Assembly: GCA_965248575.1 (NCBI GenBank)
Contig: CBDFJQ010000002.1
Span: 2,112,001 to 2,176,000, forward strand
Source of the DNA: Planctomycetota bacterium
GTDB lineage: Bacteria > Planctomycetota > B15-G4
Reading direction: 5' to 3'
DNA length: 64,000 bases
The first letter of the stretch is position 1. Each line of letters opens with the position of its first letter. The notes under the pieces are model-generated. The model saw nothing but the letters and a program-made list of their open reading frames with translations, did no database searches and was not told where the DNA came from. The position numbers were made by a program, and so were the translations under genes. Positions 27,999 to 37,468 of the stretch are shown here, in pieces.

Positions 27999-29993
27999 AT
28001 GCGCACCCCCTTCCGTAGCCCCTCGTCCCGGCAACCGTCGCCGCGTGCCTCCCGGCGTCGCCTCGTCAGTCCGAAAAAGCCCGCCAAAGGTCCCCTTTGT
28101 GCCCGATATTGGGGAGAGGCCGGATCCAAGATCGGTTCCAGGGCCGGCCTCAAGACCGGTGCCGTCGCGGGTCTCATGGCCGCGCTATTGGCCGCTGCCG
28201 CGTGCAGCGAACCCGAGGCTCCGGCGGCCCCCCGGCCCAACGTCGTGCTCTATCTGGTGGACACCCTGCGCCAGAGCCACCTGGGGCCCTACGGCTACGA
28301 GCGGGACACCACCCCCCGCCTGAACGCCTTTGCCAAGGACGCCGTGCGCTTCAACCGGGCCTTCGCCCCCAGCTCCTGGACCAAGTCCTCCACGGCCTCG
28401 ATCCTGACCGGCATGCACCCCCTCAACCATGGGGCCACCAGTCGCACGAGCCGAGTCTCGGAGAACGCGAAGCTGCTGCCGCAGTACCTGGAGCAACTCG
28501 GCTACTCACGGCAGGCGGTTGTCACCAACCCTTTCGTCGTGGGCCACTGGGGCTTCGACCGCGGCTACGACCAGTTCCTCGACCTCGGGGAAAAGGCGCC
28601 GGGCCCCCAGGGCTGGCAGCACGTGACCGCGGACCGGGTGCAGCTGCGCGCCTTCGACATGTTGGACAAGCGGCCAGCGGACAAGCCCTTCTTCCTGTAC
28701 CTGCACACCATCGATGTGCACGGGCCCAACAACCCCCAGCCGCCCTACGACACCTTGTTCACGGACAACCCCAAGCCCCCCGGCCAGGCCGGCCGCCTGA
28801 CGCCCGAGAAGCCCGGCCGCGCCCAGGAAGTCATCGATCTCTACGACGCAGAGATCCGCAGCATGGACGACCACCTGGGCAACTTCCTGGACGGCCTCAA
28901 GGAACGGGGCCTGTACGACAACACCATCATCTGGTTCGTGAGCGACCACGGTGAGGAGTTCCTGGACCACGGGCGCGGCGGCCATGGCACGGATCTGTTC
29001 AACGAAACCGTCATCGTGCCACTCATGCTCAAGCTCCCTGCTTCGGAGCACGCTGGCCGGGTTGTCGACACGCCCGTGTCCGTCCTGGACCTCGTGGCGA
29101 CCCAACTCCAGCTCCTGGGCGAGACACCGCCCCCCGAGGTGGAGGGCGTCAACCTGTTGGATGTCATCGATGGGGACGACGCACCGCGCCCCTTCTTCTT
29201 TGACCTCAACCTCATCTCGGGACCAGAGCAGGCGCTGCACGTCTCGAAGGGTGTGTTCTACGAGCGCTTCAAGTACATCGAGGAGTCCCTGCCAACACCG
29301 CGCACGATGCTCTTCGACCTTGAGACCGACCCGCACGAAACGCGCAACATGGTGAAACGCGCTGCCGGCAAGGCTCAGGAGCTGGCCACCTTGCTTGAGT
29401 ATCACCGGGCCGCGAAACGCTCCGGGCTCACCCTCTGTGCCGTCGGCGACAAGTCCACAAACGGCCGCAGCCTGCAGGCGCGCCTGACCACCGACGGTCG
29501 CTTCGTGAGCGCCAACCTCTCCGAGCAGGAAGCCGGCGACCGTGTCGACTTCACCCCAGGCGGGCAGGAGATGACGTTGAGCTGGGAGCTGGCACCCTAC
29601 GAGAACAACGTCATGAAAGGCGTACTCCTGCAGGACATCGACAGCCTGAACGTCCGGGTGGAACCCCCGGACGCTGTGGTGCGCATCGAGTCCCTGCACT
29701 TCGCGGGAACAGGCTCCAACGCCCACCCCGCGCAGGAATGGCCGCTGAGATTGGGGACCGCGCGCACCGAGGCTGCCGTGCCGCACGCGCTGCACGCCCA
29801 CGACGAAACCCTGCTCACCCAGGACCTGGGCCTGTTGTTCAGCGAGAGTGAGCGACTTCCCACCGCCGACCGGGCAGATCTACGTATTGCTCCGGGGCTG
29901 TATGTCGTCAGTCTGCAGGGTATGGATGCCGATCTGACTGACATCCCACCGGAGATGTTCGACCGTCTGAAGGAACTCGGCTACGTGCGCTGA
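27999..29993 (+). CDS. Sulfatase-like (alkaline phosphatase superfamily) lipoprotein; start uncertain (27999 or 28176)
   Basis: LAAAAC lipobox, PNVVLYLVDTLR, SSWTKSSTASILTG, SDHGEEF and a C-terminal LKELGYVR. Confidence 0.85.
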   Translation: MRTPFRSPSSRQPSPRASRRRLVSPKKPAKGPLCARYWGEAGSKIGSRAGLKTGAVAGLMAALLAAAACSEPEAPAAPRPNVVLYLVDTLRQSHLGPYGYERDTTPRLNAFAKDAVRFNRAFAPSSWTKSSTASILTGMHPLNHGATSRTSRVSENAKLLPQYLEQLGYSRQAVVTNPFVVGHWGFDRGYDQFLDLGEKAPGPQGWQHVTADRVQLRAFDMLDKRPADKPFFLYLHTIDVHGPNNPQPPYDTLFTDNPKPPGQAGRLTPEKPGRAQEVIDLYDAEIRSMDDHLGNFLDGLKERGLYDNTIIWFVSDHGEEFLDHGRGGHGTDLFNETVIVPLMLKLPASEHAGRVVDTPVSVLDLVATQLQLLGETPPPEVEGVNLLDVIDGDDAPRPFFFDLNLISGPEQALHVSKGVFYERFKYIEESLPTPRTMLFDLETDPHETRNMVKRAAGKAQELATLLEYHRAAKRSGLTLCAVGDKSTNGRSLQARLTTDGRFVSANLSEQEAGDRVDFTPGGQEMTLSWELAPYENNVMKGVLLQDIDSLNVRVEPPDAVVRIESLHFAGTGSNAHPAQEWPLRLGTARTEAAVPHALHAHDETLLTQDLGLLFSESERLPTADRADLRIAPGLYVVSLQGMDADLTDIPPEMFDRLKELGYVR

Positions 29994-30020
29994 CTCCTGC
30001 GACACGATGGGAGATGAACC

Positions 30021-31289
30021 ATGAAGACCTTCTCAACAAGTCTTGCCCTCGCCTTCAGCCTTGCCTGTGCGCCCCCTTGTCCGGCTCAGCAGGTGGAGCT
30101 CGAGGTTTCGTATGGCGACGTCCCGCAGAAAATCCTGTCCCCCGACCTGGAGCCCGGCGACATCTTTGCCGCCGCGGTCGCCGTGGACGGCGACACGATG
30201 CTGTTGGCCGCCGAGTACGACGATGACAACGGCACCGACTCCGGGTCGGTTTGGGTCTATCGCTATCACAAGAACGCCTGGGTCCCGGTCCAGAAGCTGA
30301 AGCCGATGGACGCACAGACCGGCGACAACTTCGGTCGCTCCGTCACGCTGCAAGGAAAGGTCGCCGTGGTCGGCGCCCACTGGGATGACGACAACGGAAA
30401 CCAAGCAGGGTCCGTCTACATCTTTCAGCACAACGGCAGCGAGTGGGTGCAGGTGCAGAAACTGCTGGCGCCCGACGGCGCCCCCAACGACCGCTTCGGC
30501 GCGACCCTCGCGTTGCACGGCAAGCGCTTGCTCGTGGGCTCCTGGCTGGATGACGACAAGGGTGGAGCCTCGGGCTCCGTGTACAGCTTCCATCACAATG
30601 GGAGCGCCTGGGTCTTCGACCAGAAGCTCACGGCCTCAGACGGCAGCGGTGGCGATCAGTTCGCACGCTATGTCGCCATGAGCCGGGGCGTGGCCCTGAT
30701 CGGCGCCTGGAAGGACGACGCCGCTGGCGTCGACTCGGGCTCGGCCTACATCTACCGGCACACTGGGACCCAGTGGGTCGAAGAACAGAAGCTCGTGCCC
30801 AACGACCTCGGCGCCGGCGACCTCTTCGGCTGGGCCACCCACATGGACAAGGACGTGGCCATCGTCGGCAGCTACAACGACGACGACGGGGCCCAGAACG
30901 CTGGGGCGGTCTACGTCTACCGCGACACGGGTAGCGGCTGGGTCATGGAGCAAAAGGTGCTGGCGGACGATGCCGCGGCGTTCAATCAGTTCGGCTACTC
31001 CATCGCCGTCCATGGGGACACCATGCTGCTGGGCTCCAAGATCACCCAGCCCTCGGTGAACCAGGTCGGCAAGGCCTACGTCTTCCGCCGCAGTGGCGGT
31101 GTCTGGACGCAGAGACGGCTGCTGGAACCACCGGATGGAGCGGCCTTCGACGCCTACTCCTTCCATCTGCACATGCACGCCAACACCTTCGTGGTGGGTG
31201 CGTGGCGACACGAGGCTGGCGGTGTTCAAGCCGGCGCCGCCTACGTGTGGACCGACCCGGGCCTCTCCCCCAGCCGAGCCAAGAAATAG
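30021..31289 (+). CDS. Secreted FG-GAP repeat beta-propeller protein
   Basis: Signal peptide followed by about seven repeats of QKL..D...D.FG..V....GA..DD....GSVYVY. Confidence 0.9.
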   Translation: MKTFSTSLALAFSLACAPPCPAQQVELEVSYGDVPQKILSPDLEPGDIFAAAVAVDGDTMLLAAEYDDDNGTDSGSVWVYRYHKNAWVPVQKLKPMDAQTGDNFGRSVTLQGKVAVVGAHWDDDNGNQAGSVYIFQHNGSEWVQVQKLLAPDGAPNDRFGATLALHGKRLLVGSWLDDDKGGASGSVYSFHHNGSAWVFDQKLTASDGSGGDQFARYVAMSRGVALIGAWKDDAAGVDSGSAYIYRHTGTQWVEEQKLVPNDLGAGDLFGWATHMDKDVAIVGSYNDDDGAQNAGAVYVYRDTGSGWVMEQKVLADDAAAFNQFGYSIAVHGDTMLLGSKITQPSVNQVGKAYVFRRSGGVWTQRRLLEPPDGAAFDAYSFHLHMHANTFVVGAWRHEAGGVQAGAAYVWTDPGLSPSRAKK

Positions 31290-32917
31290 TGGTTCCACCG
31301 TCTGACCCTCCGCCCGGGCCCCCCCGTGGGCCCGGGAGCGCCCTCTCCCCAGCCCGCCAGAAGCTGCTCGCACGCCTGCTCGCCGCCAAGGGCGTCAAGG
31401 CCGCTGATGCGGTGCAGGGAATTCCCCGTCGAACGGACAGGACACAACCCGCGCCGCTCACCTTCGCCCAGGAGGCCCTTTGGTTCCTGGATCAGCTGGA
31501 ACCCAACACCGCACTGCACAACCAGCCCGGTGCCGTCCGGCTCTCGGGGCAACTGGACGTAGCAGCCCTGGAGCAAGCGCTCGGCGACATCTTGGGCCGA
31601 CATGAGGCCTTGCGGACCACCTTCGTCGAGCGGCAGGGCACGCCCGTCCAGGTGGTGGCCGTCGAGTCGCAGTACAGCCTGCCGCTCACCGATCTGTCTG
31701 GGCAGGAGCGGGGCGCCGCTGAAGCGGAAGCCTTGCGCCTGGCGACCGAGGCCGCGGGCGCACCCTTTGATCTCGAACAGGGCCCGCTGCACCGCATCCT
31801 GCTGATCCGCATCGCGAGTGACGAGCACGTGCTCGTCCTCACCTTCCACCACATCGTCACGGACGGGTGGTCGATGAGCGTGTTCACGAAGGAGTTCGAC
31901 GCCCTGTATCGGGCTGCCCTCAACGGCACGACCTCCGGGCTCCCGGAGTTGCCGATCCAGATGGCCGACTTCGCCGTCTGGCAGCGCAAGAACATGCAAG
32001 GCGCCGTGCTGGAGGAGCACCTCGCCTACTGGCGTGAACACCTCTCCGGCGAGCTCGCGAGCGTCGAAGTCCCCGGAGACCGCCCGCGCCCGACAGAACG
32101 CAGCTTCCAGGGCGGTCATCAGGGAGTCGAGCTGTCCAAGCAGCTCAGCGACCGCCTCCGCGCCCTCTCCCGGGAGCAGGGCGTCACCCTCTTCATGACG
32201 TTGGACGCGGCCTTCCTTGCCCTGCTGCACCACGAGACGCAAGAGACTGACATGGTGCTCGGCTCGGCCGTGGCCCATCGAAACCGGAGCGAGCTCCAGC
32301 CGCTGATCGGCTTCCTGGTGAACATGCTCGTGCTGCGCACCGACCTGAGCGGTGACCCGACCTTCACGGAGCTGTTGAAGCGCGTGCGGCCCGCAGTCCT
32401 CGGGGCCTGGTCCCACCAGGATCTGCCGCTGACCCGCATCATCAAGGAGGTGCAGCCGGAGCGGGACCTGGGCCGCAGCCCCCTTTTCCAGGTGCAGTTC
32501 TCGCTGCTGACGCCGGACGTGAACCCGGCGGTCTATGGCTACGGCCTCGACACCGGCAGCATCGAAACCGTGCAGCTGCCGGGCCTTGTCATGACGCCCT
32601 GGCACGTGCCCTTCAACAACGCCCGCTATGACATCGCAGTCTTCCTGTGGGACATGCCGGCGGGCATCTGCGGAACCATGGAGTACGCTAGGGACTTGTA
32701 CGACGCATCCACCATGGAGCGCATGGCTCGCCGCTATGAGGCGTTGCTGACGGCCGTGGTCGAGCGACCGGAGTCCCGCCTCTCCGATCTGGTGGCAGGA
32801 CTCCAAAGGGCAGAGTTGGATCGCGCGGCCTCCGCCGAACAGAGCTACGAGCACTCCATGAAATCGAAGTTGAAGTCCATTCGCCGGCGACGTGCGCGCC
32901 CGGGAGACGGGTCATGA
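31289..32917 (+). CDS. Stand-alone NRPS condensation domain protein (LCL-like)
   Basis: LTFAQEALWFL, RHEALRT, intact HHIVTDGWS and LRTDLSGDPTF; no A or PCP domain. GTG 31289 overlaps the upstream TAG. Confidence 0.9.
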   Translation: MVPPSDPPPGPPRGPGSALSPARQKLLARLLAAKGVKAADAVQGIPRRTDRTQPAPLTFAQEALWFLDQLEPNTALHNQPGAVRLSGQLDVAALEQALGDILGRHEALRTTFVERQGTPVQVVAVESQYSLPLTDLSGQERGAAEAEALRLATEAAGAPFDLEQGPLHRILLIRIASDEHVLVLTFHHIVTDGWSMSVFTKEFDALYRAALNGTTSGLPELPIQMADFAVWQRKNMQGAVLEEHLAYWREHLSGELASVEVPGDRPRPTERSFQGGHQGVELSKQLSDRLRALSREQGVTLFMTLDAAFLALLHHETQETDMVLGSAVAHRNRSELQPLIGFLVNMLVLRTDLSGDPTFTELLKRVRPAVLGAWSHQDLPLTRIIKEVQPERDLGRSPLFQVQFSLLTPDVNPAVYGYGLDTGSIETVQLPGLVMTPWHVPFNNARYDIAVFLWDMPAGICGTMEYARDLYDASTMERMARRYEALLTAVVERPESRLSDLVAGLQRAELDRAASAEQSYEHSMKSKLKSIRRRRARPGDGS

Positions 32918-33933
32918 GCCGCTTCACCCACACCTACGACCCCGGCGTCGAGGCCAACCCGAGCGACGTGCTCTGCCTACACCGCAACGAAAACCTCTTC
33001 GTCGGGCCCGATTGGAGCATCGAGACCGCCCAGCGGATGGTGGCGCACGCGCACATCGCGTCCTACCCCGAAGCCACGAGCCTCTTGCTTCGTGAAGCTC
33101 TCGCAAAGCGCCATGGCGTCGACCCGGACAGCATCTTCGTCGGCAATGGCGCAGACGAAGTGCTCTCGGATCTGTTGGGCGTGCTCCACCCCCGCTTTGA
33201 CGCCTTGCACACACTGAACGTGCGCTTCAAGGTGTACGACATGCTCGCTGAGCGCCTGGGCTTCGAGCTGAAAGTGCTGCCCGGCAACGCCTTCGAAACG
33301 GGACGCGTCGACACGATGGGCTTCCAGGGCCTGGCCGTCATCGACAGCCCCAACGCCATCTCGGGTGGCAGCGTCGCCCGGGAGGACCTGGATGCCCTGG
33401 CAGCTGCGCCCGACAGCTACCTGATCTGGGACAACGTCTACGGCGAGTACGCCGGCGATGAGCCCCCCCGGCCACTGCCGTCCAACGTCGCGGTGGTTCG
33501 CAGCTTCAGCAAGTACTACGCCCTCGCCGGCTTGCGCATCGGATACTGCATCGCCGATGCGGCTCTTGTGAAGCAGATGCTGGCCTGCAAGGACGCTTTC
33601 AACGTCAACAGTTTCGGGCAGATCATGGCGCTCGAGGCTCTGCGCCAGGAGGACAGCTTCCGTGAGCAACGCGATCAGCTCGTGGCAGGCCGCCAGCTCC
33701 TGGTCAGAGGTTTGGAAGACCTGGGCTTCCGGGTCATGCCCTCCCACTCCGTGGCCGTCCTGGTCAGCCATCCCGCCCATTCGGCGACCGAGATCCAGCA
33801 AGAGCTCCTGAAGCGCAAGATCGCCGTCCGGCACTTCACGGATGAAGCCACGAACAACTTCGTGCGCATCACGGCCTCGCCGAGCGCAACCCAGGACCGC
33901 CTGCTGGCAGCCCTCGCAGACGTCGTGTCCTGA
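32914..33933 (+). CDS. HisC-like PLP-dependent aminotransferase (class I/II)
   Basis: LHRNEN, GNGADE and RSFSKYYALAGLRIGY; ATGA overlap with the C-domain gene. Confidence 0.87.
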   Translation: MSRFTHTYDPGVEANPSDVLCLHRNENLFVGPDWSIETAQRMVAHAHIASYPEATSLLLREALAKRHGVDPDSIFVGNGADEVLSDLLGVLHPRFDALHTLNVRFKVYDMLAERLGFELKVLPGNAFETGRVDTMGFQGLAVIDSPNAISGGSVAREDLDALAAAPDSYLIWDNVYGEYAGDEPPRPLPSNVAVVRSFSKYYALAGLRIGYCIADAALVKQMLACKDAFNVNSFGQIMALEALRQEDSFREQRDQLVAGRQLLVRGLEDLGFRVMPSHSVAVLVSHPAHSATEIQQELLKRKIAVRHFTDEATNNFVRITASPSATQDRLLAALADVVS

Positions 33934-34310
33934 CCCCCGGCGCAGCGGTGCTGCAGTTGGTGCTGCAGTTAGGGAGCAGGTGCGCAGCAGCCGTTTGAAG
34001 GCCGTGGACTAAAACCAACGACCGCAGACATTGGCTGCGCGGCGGGCTCTCCGGAACCCCTACCCCTTGATTTTGCGAGGTTTTGGGGGTCTCCGAATCT
34101 TGCTGCCCTGAATTGACAGCTCAGTCATCTCGGGGCAAAGTTCGGAGTCACCGAGTCGAAATGAAGGCCAGGGCCAGGATTGGAGCGACTGGCACCAAAC
34201 CCTTCGAACAGGACTCAGCAGCAGGACACGGGCAGGTGCGTGTTGCAGGTGTTCCGGACTCGAAACCCTCCTTCTCTCACCGTCATCCCGCACCCCGAGG
34301 CAGTTCTGCC

Positions 34311-35603
34311 ATGAAAGCCCGTTTCCTCCTCCCCGCCATCGCCGCTGCGATGCTCGCGAACCCGGTCGCCGCTCACCTTGCAGAAGGGCAGATCTGGCTG
34401 ATCGACTACGTGAACGATTCTCTCTACCGCATCAAGCCGGACACCTGGCAGGTGTTCACCACGCTGAATGATGCAAACGGCCTCGATGGGCCGGGTGCCG
34501 TGGGATTCAACCTGCACGGCGACATGATGATCCTCAACTACAACTCCAGCGAGCTCATGGAGTGGGATGGGGATGCCTTCAGTCCGCCGGTGGTTGCAAC
34601 GGCCGCAGAGGGCCTGGCCGGGCCCTATGGTTCCACGGGAGCCATCATCAGCCCCGGACACGGCGACATCTTCATCTCCAATTTCGACAACAACGAGATT
34701 CTCGTCCTGGACGAGAACTTCGCGAACCCGTCAGTCTTCGCCGATGCGGCGGACGGCATCATCCACCCCGTGGCCATGGCCTTCCTCGCCGACGGCGAGC
34801 TGATCGTGGGCAACGGGGACAGCGGAGGTGACCTGCTCTCCTTCGACGAACTGGGAGTGGGCTCGCCCTTCGATACTATCGTCGGTGACGAAGTGGTCTC
34901 CATGACCGTGCGCAACAACGGTGATCTGTTCGTGCTCACCACGAGCGGCGCGCTCTACAAATACGCCGGTGGCGACTCGGGCAGCCGGAGCCTTCTGGGT
35001 ACCTACGGCGCCCCCGGGCCCGCGGGCATCGAGTTCAGCCCCGACTTCTCCCAGCTGTACCACATCAACCAGGCCACCACGGACTTCAGCGAGATCGACC
35101 CGGACACGGGCGTGGCCGTTGTCCGTGCGACCCTGACCAACAAGCGTCCTTTCGCCATCGTGGTGACGGGCGGCCACTTGCCCCACGGCACGTTCGCGCC
35201 TTTCGGTGAGGGTCTTGAGGGTGAGGGCGGCGTCACTCCGCTGCTCGAGAGCCACGACGAGCCGCGCGTCAACACCGCTGGCACGCTGCACCTGGAAGAC
35301 ATGGTGGGCGGTTCCCTCGTCTACCTGTTCATGGGTCTGGGCGAGGACGAGATCCCGCTCTTCGGTGGCGACTTCCACGTGGACATCTCCGGCAGCTTCT
35401 TCTGGACGTTCAAGATCTTCGCCACGGGCGGCACGCCCGGACTGGCTGGCGACGGACACGTGGACCTGCCCTTCACCTTGCCCAACGATCCGATCCTGGT
35501 CGGGACGGAGTGGTATCTAGAGGGCCTGGTGATCGATGCAGCAGCGCCGGAGGGCGTCTCGTTCACCAACTGCCTGAAGATGTACGTCGGTGATGAGGGC
35601 TAG
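34311..35603 (+). CDS. Secreted beta-propeller (NHL/Vgb-like) protein with a C-terminal accessory domain
   Basis: ATG 34311 follows GAGG; signal peptide MKARFLLPAIAAAMLANPVAA; repeated GL.GP..V.F...GD blades. Confidence 0.75.
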   Translation: MKARFLLPAIAAAMLANPVAAHLAEGQIWLIDYVNDSLYRIKPDTWQVFTTLNDANGLDGPGAVGFNLHGDMMILNYNSSELMEWDGDAFSPPVVATAAEGLAGPYGSTGAIISPGHGDIFISNFDNNEILVLDENFANPSVFADAADGIIHPVAMAFLADGELIVGNGDSGGDLLSFDELGVGSPFDTIVGDEVVSMTVRNNGDLFVLTTSGALYKYAGGDSGSRSLLGTYGAPGPAGIEFSPDFSQLYHINQATTDFSEIDPDTGVAVVRATLTNKRPFAIVVTGGHLPHGTFAPFGEGLEGEGGVTPLLESHDEPRVNTAGTLHLEDMVGGSLVYLFMGLGEDEIPLFGGDFHVDISGSFFWTFKIFATGGTPGLAGDGHVDLPFTLPNDPILVGTEWYLEGLVIDAAAPEGVSFTNCLKMYVGDEG

Positions 35604-35737
35604 CCCCAGCGCATCCCGCTGAGGACTCTCATGGAGGGCCAGGGGCTGGCAAGACTGCCTCCTCTGGCCCTCCTTCCAATTCTTCGTGCCAAGGCGAGTC
35701 CACCTGAGCCTGGACCACGGACCATGAATCGGGAACG

Positions 35738-37459
35738 ATGTCCGGCCAGATGAGCGAGCCTGACACCCCCCTCCCCCGCGCCGTCTGGCTCTGGGTCCTC
35801 GCGGGCCTGTTGCTGGTCGTGGCCCGTGGCGCCGCCTGGGAGCACCGGCACGACGAGGGCACCACCTTCGATCTGGCCGTGGGTTTCGTGGACCGCGACG
35901 CCTTCGTCGACCCCTTCCCGGCGAACCCCGTCCCCATCGAGTCGCTCTACCAGGTGATCGACGGGCGCTCTGACTACGACGTCGAGGACGCCGCGCGCTC
36001 CGTGTATGTGCCCGGGTACCGCATGTACCACCCGCCCGGGTACTACACCCTGCTGCACCTGTGGACGAAGGTGTTCGGCACCGAAAAGCTGGTGCTGCGC
36101 ATCCCCGCCTACCTGCTGGCTGGCCTGGCGATCCTGGGCATGGCCCTCATTGCACGGCGGGTCATCCCAGACCCGAGCGCGCCTGGCTGGGTGGCCGCGC
36201 TCTTCGCCGTGTGCCCCTGGGTCATCAGCGTCACCAACTTCGCGCGGCCCTATCACCTGGCCCTCTTCCTGGCGATCTGGTCCACCGTGGCCGTGCTCGA
36301 GATGTGCCGGGAGCAGCCCAAGCGCCTGCGCTGGCATCTGCTGTTCGTGGGCGCGTCGATCCTGGGCCTGTACGCGCTGTATCACTACGCCTTCATCCTG
36401 CTCTGGCAAGGGGTATTCCTGCTGTGGAGCGCTTGGGCACGGGGCGCTGGGCGGCGCAAGCGGCCGCTGCTCAGCTTGGGCGCCTGTGCGGGTGTGGTGG
36501 CCGTCGGCTTCATGCCCTGGCTGCGGGTGTTCAGCATCCACATGAAGGTCTCCACGCAGTCCGGGGACTACTTCACGGGTGGGGTGCAGGAGGGGCACGC
36601 GCGCTTCCGGTCCCTGTTCGCGCTGAGGGACTACGCCCTCGCAGACTCCGTCGAGACCTTCGGGAACAGCACGCTGGTCGTGACGGTCTCCATCCTCGGG
36701 GGCCTCACCTTGCTGGCCGTCCTGTGGGCCTTCTGCGGCCCCGCTCGCAAGAGCCTGCAGGGTCAGGCGCGCATCTTCTGGCTCACGGCCCCTGCCTTGC
36801 CGCTGCTCGTCTGGCTGTCCGATCTCTGGCGTGGCAGCCACACCGTGCTGATCACCAAGATCTGCTTCGGCTTCATCATCCTGTTGGTGCTGGCCACGGC
36901 CCGCGCCTGGCTCTGCGCCCCCAAGCTGGTGCGCACCCTCGGCCTGGCGGCCTGGGTCCTGACCATGGGCGCGGCCAGCCTGCTGTGCACCTACAGCCGT
37001 GCAGAGAACGACAGCGGATCGGAGGCCGTGGCCAACCTCATCGCCCAAGCAGATGAAGCGGAGCATCTCCTGGTCCTCAGCACAGGGTTGCGCGGCTACT
37101 CAGTCCCGCTGCTGCTCACCCTGCGTGATGCAGGCGTGAAGAACGTCTACGTGACCCGGGCCACCCAGAAGGGCTTGAAGCCCCTGCTCGAATCGGTGGC
37201 CTCCAAGCCCCTCTTCCGGCGGGTGAGCTTGCTCAACTTCAAGATCCCGAAGCACGAGGGCTCGCTGATGTGGGAGACCGACAGCGTCAAAAAGCTCGCC
37301 GTCGAACTGAGAAGCACCAACGATTGGGTGCCTTTCCACGATGGGACCAGCCCCTGGGTCGGCATCCAGCCCATCCATGGCGTCACACCCAGAACCCGCT
37401 TCAAGGAGTGCTGGTTCTTCGAACCGATCCGGCTGCGCTTCTTCCACGGCACCTTCTAG
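35738..37459 (+). CDS. GT-C-type (family 39/ArnT-like) integral membrane glycosyltransferase
   Basis: DE motif after TM1 (HDEG), HPPGYY, LRIPA and ARPY, with many TM segments. Confidence 0.75.
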   Translation: MSGQMSEPDTPLPRAVWLWVLAGLLLVVARGAAWEHRHDEGTTFDLAVGFVDRDAFVDPFPANPVPIESLYQVIDGRSDYDVEDAARSVYVPGYRMYHPPGYYTLLHLWTKVFGTEKLVLRIPAYLLAGLAILGMALIARRVIPDPSAPGWVAALFAVCPWVISVTNFARPYHLALFLAIWSTVAVLEMCREQPKRLRWHLLFVGASILGLYALYHYAFILLWQGVFLLWSAWARGAGRRKRPLLSLGACAGVVAVGFMPWLRVFSIHMKVSTQSGDYFTGGVQEGHARFRSLFALRDYALADSVETFGNSTLVVTVSILGGLTLLAVLWAFCGPARKSLQGQARIFWLTAPALPLLVWLSDLWRGSHTVLITKICFGFIILLVLATARAWLCAPKLVRTLGLAAWVLTMGAASLLCTYSRAENDSGSEAVANLIAQADEAEHLLVLSTGLRGYSVPLLLTLRDAGVKNVYVTRATQKGLKPLLESVASKPLFRRVSLLNFKIPKHEGSLMWETDSVKKLAVELRSTNDWVPFHDGTSPWVGIQPIHGVTPRTRFKECWFFEPIRLRFFHGTF

Positions 37460-37468
37460 CGAGTCGGG

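Larger units (their letters stand above)
853..33933. other. Hybrid NRPS-PKS biosynthetic gene cluster (two divergent units)
   Basis: Twelve co-oriented, mostly stop/start-overlapping genes from 27674 to 853, plus a divergent unit 27999-33933 containing a stand-alone C domain and an aminotransferase. Boundaries are inferred. Confidence 0.88.

Noticed and set aside
30021..31289. Periodic DNA similarity in the FG-GAP genes (also 56227-57708)
   Set aside because: Explained by protein-level propeller repeats, not by a nucleotide repeat array.
32914..33933. Calling the gene hisC
   Set aside because: No other his genes nearby and it is coupled to an NRPS C domain; only the family is supported.
33946..33969. 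GGTGCTGCAGTT direct repeat (two copies) in an intergenic region
   Set aside because: Only two adjacent copies with no spacers; not a CRISPR array and no supportable function.
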